From Saccostrea cucullata (Eukaryota), in NCBI RefSeq assembly GCF_032062105.1, contig NW_026928756.1:1-64000 (forward strand): 64,000 nucleotides of DNA, read 5' to 3'. Positions within the stretch are counted from its first letter, which is position 1, and each line of letters opens with the position of its first letter. Shown in pieces: positions 34,217-47,039 of the stretch. The notes under the pieces are model-generated. The model saw only the letters and a program-made list of their open reading frames with translations, searched no databases and was not told the DNA's origin. A program made the translations under genes and the position numbers.

Positions 34217-36299
34217 GTGAACTGGAATTCTACCTGATACCAGGCTAATGAAATTTATCGCTAATAATTGACGGAGGCAAAAGCTAGCGCGGTCAATCTT
34301 TGATTGTGGCTTCTGCAATGGACCAGGGCATACTAATGCATAATTGATTTATGGTGGCAAATTACATGCAACCCCATAATTAAGTAACGATAGATGTGTT
34401 ATTTTATATTCTGGAATGCATATTTGGGTTTAATAGCAGATATTTTTGAAACTGAGCGAAGCAAAATGCATGACGCTCCACTAATTCCTAATTAAGGTTA
34501 AGGTACTTAATTCTTTAACATACTTTTATTTAGCTCATTACAACTTACAGATTTTTCTTGAGAATATTCTGATGTCTTTTTCCCCTCTCTGACACCAATG
34601 TTGCTTCTTTTCTTTTTTTCCAGTAAGGCCTCTTCATTGGGTGAAAAGTTCTCATTATTCTTTCCAGCAGAGGGGTCCACTCGGAGACTATAAATGAGCA
34701 AATGAAGTCGTAAAACTTTATTGATTAATCAACAATCTATCGCCCTTGTCGCTGTCTGTCACGTTTCGCTGGTTCTCATCATTTGAGCTCATCAGACTTT
34801 GCGTAATTTTGCTCACATTTTTTGGTAACATTTGATGCATTAAGAGATTTATAGTTTGATGATGCTGACAATACGTTAGTGTTGACTGTAATTAAGGCTA
34901 CGTAAGAAATTAAATTTCTTTGGCCGTAACCATGTCTTTGTTTTAACTTTATATATCATTTTTAAAAATTACTGTTAATTAATACATAGATCCTTAGCCA
35001 GACAGCACCAAGAATTGCATGTCATCAATGCTTCTTCTATTCCCCCCATTTAAATAAGAAATAACATGATATTAATTTTTTTAAATGAAAAAAGTTAATG
35101 CATCCCTGGAAAGACTTATATTTATTCACAAGAATTTTTATCACCTTTACTGTGCTTCTTGTTTATCAATTGTAAAATAATAATAATTATAATAAAAAAA
35201 TCAATCTCACTGAATAAGATAACAATGTATTAAATAATTATTTCTTATTAGATGCGAGAGGTGAAAAAAAAAGTTGGCGAACTAATTGAATAAATTTTAT
35301 TAAAAAAAATTAATAAAAACAATATTTGGTTTCATTTTGTTATATTTAAAATTAGTCCTTTCCGATTTTAATGCACATCTGTCACCGTTCTGCTCATACG
35401 CAAATCATGTCATCTTGGTTGTCACGTGACCTGCTTCGAATCATTCTGTCAAAAAAGCTGAAAGATTATTTCTTTCCATGCAAATTAATTTTTACAACAA
35501 GAACAGTCTGTTTCTAAGAAGTGGCCAAATCTCGTCAACAGAGTGGGTGGATAAGAATATCCTTTTCCAGAATGAGCTTGGCGACCATCAAAACCCGAGT
35601 CCTCTGTCTCGGGAAAGTCGTTTTTTCAATGTGAAGTTTAAAGTCGCCTTCTTTTTATTAAATATCTAATATATTAAAAATCTATAGCACACGATACTCT
35701 AGGTATTTAATAATTATATTGTTTTAAAGATATTCAACTATTTTTCAAACTCTAAATTGAGATTTTTCATAACAAATTGCTAAAAACACATCGACTTTCA
35801 CTGGGCAACAGCACAAATACTAGTATCTTTTTTAACGATCTCTCTTCCTTCACTAAGACGAGCAGTCCAATCATTGACTGAACTGCTATGAAGTATTGTC
35901 TTAATTAACTGTATACAAATTATTATACGATGCTGCAAAGGAATTTCAAAGGAATACCTTAAACTTTACAACCGTTCATTACTCGCGCATGACTGAGTCA
36001 CCATTTTTTGTTAAAAGTCATTGATATATTGACAAAATTTTCACATTGTGACGTCACAAAGAAGGAGCAAAATATTATACAACATATGCTATTTACAGAA
36101 CTTATTTATGGCTATTTATGTACCAGATTTCATTCTAATCTGAACTGAGGTTTTGTGATAGTTCGAAAACTTTTTGATCACTCTTCATACGTCTTTTTCC
36201 TGGAACCAAAACTGAGTTGTCAAGTAGAGATCTATGCTCAAAGTACAATAGTTGTAGACCTGGATAAATACGGAGTGATTTTTAATGAAGTATAAAAAA

Positions 36300-36645
36300 A
36301 ATATGAAGATAAGGAATAGCTCAAAAGTAAAAAAAAATTTACAAGATAGGAACAGAGAAAACACGGACCTCCAAAACATCAGAGGTGGGATCAGGTGCCA
36401 TGGAGGAGTGAGCATCTCCTGCCTATCAGTCACCTTGGAATGTTCAGGTAAAAAAAATCGGAAAAAATCCATTGAAAAATCAGTGTGTAGATAATGCCTT
36501 AACAATCGTTATAACAATCGTTATAAAAAAGCTTAGTCAGCATTTGACTAAATGATAAATTGCTTTTGCAGACAAGGTCACTGTATCGACCACAGAACTT
36601 ACGAAATGATGATTTCAAACGAGACTTCGCAAATATTCTTGCTTC
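36300..36645 (-). mobile_element. Penelope-like 3' fragment
   Basis: CAGAGGTGGGATCAGGTGCCATGGAGGAGTGAGCATC and AGAACTTACGAAATGATGATTTCAAACGAGAC match the 40170-40770 copy. Confidence 0.75.
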
Positions 36646-38964
36646 GAAAAAATTGAAGACTTTCTCTTTTCAATGTGTGAAACAGTGAAAAGACAGAAGC
36701 CTCGTTATTTTGATTATTCCTACATGTATATTCATTGTCTTTTTATTTTATTATTTTTTCAAATTTCCATCCATTGCTAACTGATTCATTTAGAAATCAT
36801 TACAGTACAATTACCTCTGAAAATGTTCTGTTTCAGCATACTTAATAATCATGTTTCATGCATGGTTACTGTCCTGAAAAGTACAGAAAATACAAGTTGT
36901 GACTATTAAATAACCAAACACGTGAATAATTAAAAGCTGAGTAATTATGATGCAATGTTCTAAATGCTTAGAATTTGATGCCTCTCATCGCAATACAAGA
37001 ATTCCATGGATGTTTTCGTCCTCGCAGGACGTTTGAATTTCAAAGTTGTCTAGTATGCACCAGACAAGAAAAGAACATATGTTAGTTACAGCTAACCTTC
37101 TGGCAGCCGTTAAATTCATTCAAATAATGTGCATATCATAGTGAATGATATTTCCAAAGATTCATTTTTCAATTGCAATCCAAGAAATTTTTTAAAAAAA
37201 GAACACGAATAAAAAAAATGATTCACAAAATTATTAAGTTTCTATTTAAAAAGAAAACACTTGGGATGTAATGTCATTCTATAATTAAAAAAAAGTGAAT
37301 TCACAAAATTATTAACTGTTAACATTTAAAAAATAAATGTAACTTTAACTAGTCAATTTGTGATCAACTGTATATTTTATTTTAAGCCCAGCCAATTAAT
37401 TGTTTTATAACCTTGTGTAATATGTATTATAGATTTTATTCTTAGTCATTTGTTATTTGAATAAATGACAGTTTTAATTGTGTTTTAAATAATTTATACA
37501 AAAAGTTACAAAAAATGTACTGAAACTTGTTAACATTTAAAAAATAAGCACACTTGTAAATTCATCTCTATACTACAGTTCTTTTATTCATTAATAGTGT
37601 TTGTTGCCACAGTTTACTAGAACTTAATGCATTACCTATATGTACTCAATCGCTAGTAGACATCAGGCACGAAGAAAGTTCGACAACTTTTACAGTTCAA
37701 TGTCTATCTTGGAATACGATGAATTTTGACCAAAGCTCGACAACCCTTACATCTACATGTATATTTTACTATTTCTACTCTGTACGTATATGATAACCTT
37801 AAAACGCTGCTCATTTCAAAGGTAAAAAAAAAATATGAAACCCTTGTTAAAAAATCCAAAATTCTATGTCTGTTATATATAAAGACTATCGAAGATCAAC
37901 GACCGTTTTCTGTACCTTATAAATGAACTGTTCGATATTTTAATCATGGTAGCATTTTGAAGATGTTATCAAATGAAAACGCTCCACCAAAGGAATTTAC
38001 AAAATTTTGATTATTGTCCAATTAATTTCACCTTGAATTTTACATTGAAGTCTATGGGCATCTTTTTATAAGATATTGTAAAACGTAATCCGAATTTCAA
38101 ACAAATCTTTTGGTGAAAATATGCATAAACCTCCTCTTTATTAAACTATGAAATAAAATAAATTATTTACTGCAGAAATTTTGAGAACTCAAAAATTTTC
38201 TTCTTTTCATCTAGGGCAGATAACTCTTCGGAAACTTTTAATGTGCAAAATGACCGTCTTTTTACATCTTATCAGTCTTGTAAATTTGGTTCATTTAACT
38301 TTAATCGTTATCTAGCAATTGTGTTTTTATTAATAACTATAGTTTAAAATTATTTAAAATCGTTCAAATCCCTTCAATATACATTGAATACCGAGTAAGA
38401 AACTGAGTGCAATCAATCATTTTGCTACAGTAATTCAGAAGTTGGAAATGTTTTATTTAGATAAAATGATTAGAATTTTGATGAATTTAAAACACAATGA
38501 CTGGAAACATATTCAGCAACATGTACAAAAAATGCAGGTAATGAAAATCATTTTCTTTTTAAATTAACAGAAGAAGGTAGATATTGGCTAAATATCTGCC
38601 AAATATCTCATAAACATAGATGCATTTCAAGCCACAGAAAAAACACACAAAAAACATACTGAAAATGTTTGGAATGCAAAATATTATTTTGAGATGACAT
38701 TTTTAAAAAATTCAATTTTTCTTGAAAGATCAAATAAAAGGATAATGATTTATGTTAAAAAAACAAAACACTTTCTTGGTACTTTAGTAATTACTCAATG
38801 CACTTGCATTTAAAAATGGACTGAAGTAACTTTTCTTTGTCCAAATTATAGCCAGTCTCCAAATTTTCTTCCCCCATTATCATTTTCAGCAATATACAAT
38901 TAATACCTGCATAATTGTTTCATGTCTCCAAGTTGTTTTGATACACAAAAGCATGTTCCTCGCG

Positions 38965-40152
38965 TAAATAAATTTAAGTTTACTAAAAAAATTTTATTGT
39001 AATCAATAAGTGTCCTCCTTGAATGTGAAAGTCTGAAATATTGTATAGCTGTGCTTTGTAATGGTAATTTTGTTTCATGTCTTACCGAGGTAGGAGAGGC
39101 AGAGATTTCCCTAGTTCGGTCAAGTCAGTGGCGTTTTCAGACCCATTTTCATGATTTTTCTGTTAAATCTAAGTGGTAATTACTGTAAATTTGGATTATC
39201 TCCCTTTACAAAATTGGTTTATTTCTCATCTTGATATCTTGTGTCTGCTAAAAATTATATGTCATTGTTAATAATACTTTTGAGAATTTCAAACAAATTA
39301 TTAAACGTCACAAAGGTGGCAACACACGACAAACTGTTTTACAGACTTTTTACTCATTGAAGGAGGATAAGATAAGGTGTTCTAGTATTGAAAGGATTAT
39401 GGAAAGAAATTAGCAAGTTGATGGGTAACCGGGGTATCAAAATACTTATTGCATTAAAATAAATAAATTTAAGTTTACTTAAATTTTTTTATTGTAATCA
39501 ATAAGTGTCCTCCTTGAATGTGAAAGTCTGAAATATTGTATAGCTATGCTTTGTAATGGTAATTTTGTTTCATGTCTTACCGGGGTAGGAGAGGCAGAGA
39601 TTGACCAATCAAAGTCTGACCAATCAAAATCTAACAAATGAAATTCTGACCACGCGGTGCGTTACTCTGCCTCTTCTCCCATCTACATCCTTGGAGGACG
39701 GACGTTTTATCAAAGTTTGTTATTTACCTCCTTCCACCCCGCCTCCGCCATTTTTGTTTGTTCTTTAAATTTATGTTTTAGCGTTTTCAGACCCATTTTC
39801 ATGATTTTTCTGTTAAATCGCGTTTTCAGACCCATTTTCATGATTTTTCTGTTAAATCTAAGTGGTAATTACTGTAAATTTGGATTATCTCCCTTTACAA
39901 AATTGGTTTATTTCTCATCTTGATATCTTGTGTCTGCTAAAAATTATATGTCATTGTTAATAATACTTTTGAGAATTTCAAACAAATTATTAAACGTCAC
40001 AAAGGTGGCAACACACGACAAACTGTTTTACAGACTTTTTACTCATTGAAGGAGGATAAGATAAGGTGTTCTAGCATTGAAAGGATTATGGAAAGAAATT
40101 AGCCAGTTGATGGGTAACCGGGGTATCAAAATACTTATTGCATTAAAATAAA
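38965..40152. repeat. Near-identical tandem duplication (units 38965-39459 and 39460-40152); unit 2 carries an extra ~175-bp promoter-like segment
   Basis: Long identical stretches, e.g. GCGTTTTCAGACCCATTTTCATG...GGGTAACCGGGGTATCAAAATACTTATTGCATTAAAATAAA, occur in both units. Confidence 0.9.
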
Positions 40153-40169
40153 CATTTTTTTAAAAGGAC

Positions 40170-40770
40170 ATGAAAACAACGAACAGTACGCAATCTCAAA
40201 GTCCATAAAACAATACAAATTAGGAGCAGAGCAAACACGGACCTCCGAAACATCAGAGGTGGGATCAGGTGCCATGGAGGAGTGAGGATCCCCTGCTGAC
40301 CGGTCACATCCGCCGTGTGCTCCTTGTCATGATCGGGAAATAACGGAAAAATCCGTCGTCAATTCAGTGTATAAATAATGGACTAACAATAAGTATGAAA
40401 AACGTTCGTCAGCATTTGACTCAATAATAAATTGTATATGCTGACAAGGTCATAGTATCTACCATAGAACTTACGAAATGATGACTTTAAACGAGACTGC
40501 TGATATTCTTGTTTCATCAACTTGCTTGTCAATAATTTACCTCGTTTTAGAAATTGTTCATATGTAAAGCATGTTCTTGCACATCGAATCAACTGAGATA
40601 TATATATACTCCGTATGCAGGTGATGAAGGTATATTGCTGCATAAGTAAGGGAAGTTGACGATGGAAAAGTTAAATTCATCACGTTTATCATATAGCTTG
40701 GTTGTTAGATTACCATTAACGTCTTTTTCAAGTAAAACATCCAAGTATGAAACAGATGTGTCAGACGGGT
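40170..40770 (-). mobile_element. Penelope-like (Naiad-type) retroelement 3' fragment; best-preserved copy
   Basis: SDTSVSYLDVLLEKDVNGNLTTKLYDKRDEFNFSIVNFPYLCSNIPSSPAYGVY [AT-slippage frameshift] ISQLIRCARTCFTYEQFLKRGKLLTSKLMKQEYQQSRLKSSFRKFYGRY...*. RT C-terminus with no downstream GIY-YIG, then the 3' motif at 40254-40316. Confidence 0.85.
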
Positions 40771-40964
40771 AGACAGGCCACTGACCAGCAGTTGGATGAT
40801 AAAAGGGTATCTATAATCCCGTTAAGACTGTATTTTGCAAATTTTAATTTAAAAACAATGATCCTGTGAGCAGATCCAATTAGTTGTTAGATCAAATCAT
40901 CTTATAACTGACGTATACATTTTTGGTCATTTTTTACATAATGAATAGACTACAGATTTGTATT

Positions 40965-41135
40965 TTAACCCGATCATGACAAACAGCACAAAGCAAGTGT
41001 AACCTGTTGACGAGGGATGCTTACTCCTCCAGGCCGCCTGATTCCAGTTCTGATGTTTTCAGAGGCCTCTGTTTACTCTGCTCAAAGTTAATGTTGTTTA
41101 TTTTGACTTTTGAACATAACTGTTTGATATCTTCA
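40965..41135 (+). mobile_element. Inverted Penelope-like 3'/pLTR fragment
   Basis: CCCGATCATGACAA..GGATGCTTACTCCTCCAGGCCGCCTGATTCCAG..TCTGATGTTTTCAGAGG, opposite in orientation to 40170-40770. Confidence 0.65.
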
Positions 41136-42111
41136 TATTTCAGGAACCTAATTATGCACCTAAACACTATCGGGTTTTGTGTTTGATAATCGAACAAAAT
41201 AAAATGTTTAAGCACTCTGATTTCATTTGAAATGTGTCCTTTCTGTAGCTAGCCTGAAATTCGGCATAAAGATTTTTCGACAAGTGCTTTTGATTTTTCA
41301 AGTAACAATAACTGTTTTTGTAAATTATAACAACATGTAAATATATGCCAATGAACAAGAAATAAAAGACACAACAAAATTGCTTTATTTCAAACTGATA
41401 TTTTGATAGATATAAACATTAATGGTAAAACAAAGACCAATATTTGATAAACGGGATGGTTAAATTTAAATGGAAAAGATAACGCACAATGAACTTTTTT
41501 TTAATAACCAAATTACAAATTTTTGAAGAGAGTAAAAAAAATTGACCCAAGGAAATTATGTAGTAAGACCTAAACTACCGGTATATTTTTCTACATGTAT
41601 GTATATGTTTTTGTCAGGTAAAGGATTCACATCAGATGCTACAGGTTAACAGTGTATACTTACTTCTCAATGGCACCTGGTCCCGCCTCTCTTGTTTCTC
41701 CTTGTCCTGCTCTAATTTTAACTGTTTAATTGGAATTGGAATTTAATCGCTGTTCTTTATCTCTAATATATTTAGTTTGAACTTTCGGTAATGTACTTGA
41801 ATAACGAAGCTAAAAATCTCAATTCAGCGTTTTCCTTGCAAAAATACTTTGTGATTACACATTTTCGTGACCATCCCTGAACTTATACAGTATAAAGTTA
41901 AATGACCTGACTATATTAAAGGTTTGTCAAAATGCATTCCCATTATCACGAATAATTGTTGTTTTCGTATAATTGTTGTTTCCTGATACATGAAAACAAC
42001 TGTTAAGAATTTGTCAAAAATCTATTTCGTGAAAAGAAGAAAACACTTGCTGTGGCATTCAACTCGACATTTAGATAAAACGACAACGTATTATCAATTA
42101 ACAATAGTTAT

Positions 42112-42640
42112 TTCCATTCTTATGTCGATACGATATATCACGGCGAGCTTGAGATAAAAGATACTTCGAATTCAGCGTTACTAATGCAGCAATATACCTT
42201 CATCACCTGCATTCTGAGTATGTATGTATATATCTCAGTTGATTCGATACGCAAGAACATGCTCTACGTATGTACAATTTCTAAAACGAGGACAAACAAG
42301 TTGGTGAAACAAGAATATCAGCGACGTCGTTTAATGTCATCTTTTCGTAAGTTCTATGGTCAATATAATGACCTTGTCAGCAAATACAGTTTAACATTGA
42401 GTCAAATGGTGAGTGACTTTTTTTTCATACTAATTGTTAGTCCTTTATTAACACTGAATAGACGACGGATTTCCCCGTTATTTCCTGATCATGACAAGGT
42501 GTGCCGGTCAGCAGGGGAAGTCACTACTCCATGGCACCTGGTTCCACCTATGATGTTTTGGACGTCCGTGTTTACTCTGCTATTGTATTGTTTTATGGAC
42601 TTTTGAGCTTGAATACTATTTGTTATCTCAATATGTTTCA
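42112..42640 (+). mobile_element. Penelope-like 3' fragment
   Basis: Contains the ORF 42184-42606 segment TNKLVKQEYQRRRLMSSFRKFYGQYNDLVSKY and the 3' motif CCATGGCACCTGGTTCCACC. Confidence 0.8.
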
Positions 42641-43704
42641 TTGTAAAACATCACTATTAAACAAGATTAAATCAAAATGTTATTTTCATACTCATTTGAA
42701 TTAGCTCTATTCAAACTGTTGAAAAAATAGTGAAAAACTAAGAAAATTAGTGCATTGCAATTAAGAATTCCCAAAGGCACAATCAAGACCAATAAATGGG
42801 TTGTAACTCTGACCGTCAATAAATATCCTGCATTTTTTATGCCACTCACCTAAGATGAGGAACAATAAAAGAAACCAATCATGTCAAAGTGCATAGGTCA
42901 ACGTCTTTCTCTTTAATAACAAGGAGCAATGTACGATGTATATTTATACATATTGCCCAATAACAATTGTTAATTAAAACTGCTTTAAAACACAGTCAAT
43001 CATGCAAAAGAATGACAAACAATTAAATTATTTGCAAATGTTTATTGTGATTACACAAGCTGCCTTGCAATAAAGCTTCCTCCTTTATTATAGAATAATT
43101 ATCCTGTAGTAAATATAAAAACTACCTCGAAAAAGAATTCTGCTTTTAAAAGAGATCAGTTTTGCTGTCACTTTTTAAGAAAATTGGAAAGAGTACATGT
43201 ACGTCAATGGAATTGAAAGTTACTTTTTAAATGCTCTAAAATCATTTGTTTCAAATTTGACATTGATTCTTGATTTTAAAAGATGAGACAGTTGTCATGT
43301 TATGACAGTAAAAACATTAGAAACCAAACTGCACAGTAGTTTAGTTAATTATTAAAAGTTATCAAGAAGATTACATACTAGTATTGTAGATGAATTTTAA
43401 TCAGGCAATCCCCTTTTTTAAGATTTTGTAGATGCAATTTCCTGACAATCAGTGGAAAGCAATGGAAAAAACAACTATTTATCAGAAAAAAGGTTTTGTA
43501 AATATTTTTGAAAATGATATTCATAGTTACATTTTTTCATACATATGGACTCCAGCTGTAAAATTAAGTGCGAATATTATTAAGCAATGAGAACTTTTCT
43601 GAATCAGATGTATGTGAGATCATTAATGATAACGTTTGCATTAAAATCAATCTACATGTACTGTCAAAGCATTTATCAATATTATCAAAATCTTCATTTC
43701 TTTT

Positions 43705-45426
43705 TCAGAGGTATCTGTGATGTAAAAGAGAGAATGTCTTTCTGGAGCTGTTCCCATCTTTCTTCTTTTTTGATTTTTTCTTTGACCTTGATATTCCAAC
43801 TTCTTCTTCAACGTCACTAAACTCATCTTTTACTGCTTTATCCGTTTCAGAAAATTCAGTCTTCCATTTTGTTTCACCCCCTCTTTTACCTTCGGAAAAA
43901 TGTCCACTGTCTGCACTTTGAAGATTTTCTCTGTCGGTGGAACCTTGATTCCATTCTGTACTTTCTGGTATTTTTCTGTTTTCTTCCTTTTTTGTTGTTG
44001 CTTTGGAATCGATATCAACATTCAGATTTGCTACTTTATTTGAAAAGATCTCAGTAAAACGTCGGCTCTTTGGTGAAATAAATTTCTTCCCTTTTAGATT
44101 AGCGTCGTTAAAGCTTTGCGATCTTTTCTCAAGTTGCTTTGTATTATTTTGGTTTTCTTCATTCTTTTTAATGTTAAAGAAACTAAGAAACTTCTGGAAA
44201 CCTGTTTGTCCATTAGTTTCAGCATCCGCCACAGGAACGGATGATGCATTCAATCCTGTTTTTTTGGTAAAAGGAATTGACAAGCGTGGCGGTTTATTTT
44301 GGCGAGGATGCCAAGATTCTTTTCTCTTTTTCTCTCTTCTTGCTTTTATTTCACGATGATATAGACAAAAGTCCACTATCAGCCATGTAGCAACCACACT
44401 TACTGTGGATCCGACGATCAGAAGAACAAGCTGGTACTTCTCTAGACCTGAAAGATAATGTACACCTTTCCAAAAACATTGACTTCACACTGATAATGTA
44501 CATGTCATGTACATCTGTACAAAATCAGTGAGAAGTAATTTTTTTGTTTGTATAATTTTCAAATTTATATATATTGATTAGATATATCCCAATGACCTCA
44601 AAATAAATGACACAGAACAGTCCTACAAATTTATTTTGTATTTGGATGTGTAATAGAGAAAATCATTGGTGGTAACATAACTAGATTTATAGTGAATTTA
44701 ACTTTCCTTATATGTAGTTTGTAAACAGCAATATACTAAATACAAAATGCTGATGCTACATAAATATCAAAAAGTCAACAATTCTTCTGCCGACAAAGAC
44801 CTTCTTTGCCGATAAAATTTGTTTTAAGGGTAAAATATGTGGACTGATATCTTCAATACAAAGTACAGACCGTTGTTTTCATACTGAATTTATAATGTAT
44901 AGTTATTTCGTTTAATCGTTACCCAATAAATAGAAAGAGACTACTGCCTGTGTTACCGGTCAAAAAGAGATGATTTCCCTCCCCCATGGCACTTGATTCC
45001 ACCCGTGATGTTTTTGGGGGATTTGTATGTGCTCTGCTTTTGTTTTCTTTATTTGTACCTTTGAGCACGATTACCATTCGTTATCTTTCCGATTCCTGGT
45101 TTTAAATTTAAAGTAAGACCTAAGTGGATAAAATAACATGTAATATTGGATTTTTTAAATACATTTATATTTATTATTTAAATATATTTAACTTTTTATT
45201 AGTTTACTTCTGTCATGCTTTTGTTTATACAGTAAAGAAATTAAAAAAAAAAGAAATGTTAACTTATTTTATAACCAAGAAAGAGCTATCTATTCCGAAT
45301 AAGATAATCATGCATTTAAATATAGTACCAGATCTTTGAAAAAAACTTTTTTTGCAATGCTTGGGCTATTCTGAGACATATGAAAATATATTGTCAAATA
45401 TAATTTTTACCTTGCATCTGAATCAT
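43705..45426 (-). CDS. Orphan single-pass membrane protein A (short N-terminus, TM, long low-complexity tail); 252 aa, 2 coding exons
   Basis: Exon 1 45426-45411 (ATGATTCAGATGCAAG|gtaaaa) and exon 2 44447-43705 (atctttcag|GT), phase 1. Product begins MIQMQGLEKYQLVLLIVGSTVSVVATWLIVDFCLYHREIKARREKKRKES. Paralogous to protein B. The first exon is less certain than the second. Confidence 0.75.
44575..45090 (+). mobile_element. Highly decayed Penelope-like 3' fragment in the intron of orphan gene A
   Basis: GATATATCCCAATGACCTCAAAATAAATGACAC and TGTGTTACCGGTCA..CCATGGCACTTGATTCCACCC. Confidence 0.5.
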
Positions 45427-46404
45427 GAAAATAAAATCCATTTATCTTTTACAGTTACACAAGCGTGAACAATACCACTGCAGTTCATTCTCAAGTTTGA
45501 CCAGATTTACCAAAAGTAAAATACACGCAAAGTAAGAACATTTATTATTGATACCCATAGCAATATCTTCACAGAGAAAAACCATGTTAATTGCATTCTG
45601 CCAATAAATGAAAAATGAATGGGTCCTGGAACACTTACTACAGATTATGATAATTTTTGTTTATGGATGTATGAATGTAAATGGATCAAATATTAACGAA
45701 TATGATAAAAAAATTCATAAGATCGAGATTTGAAGATAGGACTATAGCATCAAGTATGCAAACTTGTATGCATTATAAATGCACCATCGTCGTGGCTCTA
45801 GACCACATGTCTGTTAACGTGATCTTAATACTTTTTTTACAAGATACCAAAGAGATTGAGGGTTATCTATTTTTGAATACTGAAATGCTAAACAAGGAGA
45901 AAACATACTGTATTATTTATATCTTGGCCACTGAAACCTCTGAAACATAGCAATACTTTGCCAACCCTTTCAATAGACATTAAGGGTTGGTCTTACACGT
46001 AACATTTATCCTTTAATTCCTAATATTGCATGTTCATGTTGTTATAGAGGATTTTGTTGGTAGTTGATTTCCAGAAACATGCATCTCCTATTTAATTGTA
46101 TCTTCATTTCCTATAATTTGTTTCAATTGAAAATATAAAATTTCAGACGCATTCTTTTTAAACTGTTACACTCTCATGTATACGGCACATGTAGCTGTTT
46201 CATTGTAACCCTCTTGTAAGTGTTTAATTGATAAATTGGATATTGTCATTATTCATAATATAGATAACAAAATAATTTTCGTTCTTTGATTGCATTCACA
46301 CTCAAAGTCAAGATTTAAAGCTCCAGGGCAAGGGTTGGTTGGTAACTGCTGGACACTTGACCTTAATTAAGTCATCGATGGTACATGTATGTTGGTTAGT
46401 TAAC

Positions 46405-46757
46405 AGATAATAGGCCATTGTTGGGCCAACACAAAAAGTACTCTTTGTTCGGCCTATGTTGATACAATTTAATCACTGTTGGCAATGGACATTAAGCCAT
46501 TGTCGGGTCAACATTAACCAAATGCAGATTTAAAATCGTCAAACGTTGTGCCAACGTTGTCCATGTTGGGCCAACGTCGTGCCTATAAGCAAACTTGCAT
46601 TCGGCCAATGTTAGGTTGCCAGCGTTGGACCAACGCAGTCAACAACTGTGCGCCAATGTTGGACCAACGCAGTCAACAATTGTGCGCCAATGTTGGACCA
46701 ACGCAGTCAACAACTGTGCGCCAATGTTGGGCCAACGAAGTTGTGCTATATCTGGGT
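46405..46757. repeat. GTTGG(G/A)CCAAC palindrome-rich element with a 34-bp tandem repeat (~3.5 copies); likely a DNA transposon end
   Basis: GTTGGACCAAC at 46624, 46658 and 46692; GTTGGGCCAAC at 46726; ends in ATCTGGGTA. Confidence 0.75.
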
Positions 46758-47039
46758 AGTACATTAAACTTCGAAATTTTATTTCAACTCTTTGACATCT
46801 AGCAGGAAAATTTTATGATGATGATAAGATTCCCAATCCCTTTAACAACATTTCGACATGGGAACCCTTTTTTTTCTAAAAATAAAAATAAAGGATAACA
46901 ATGAGTATTAAACCCTTAGCAAAAAATAAGGGATTTATCGGCGACAACCTATTCACATAAATATAATTGACTTCTGGTTGTCTTACAATGTTTTAAAAAT
47001 CATAAAGTCTTGTGCAAGGTAAACAAGAAAAGTTTAATA

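Noticed and set aside
40254-40335. Interpreting the PLE 3' motif as a SECIS, hammerhead, HDV-like ribozyme or TPP riboswitch
   Set aside because: No correctly spaced AUGA..AA..GA core, no CUGANGA/GAAA, no P1.1 GG after the P1-like strand, and no CUGAGA; only superficial resemblance (ACCTGATC).
43869-44359. Plus-strand ORFs 43869-44057 and 44003-44359
   Set aside because: Antisense shadows of orphan gene A.
46624-46740. 34-bp palindromic repeats as a CRISPR array (likewise the ~60-bp array at 61170-61785)
   Set aside because: Units are contiguous with no unique spacers, there are no cas genes, and the context is eukaryotic.
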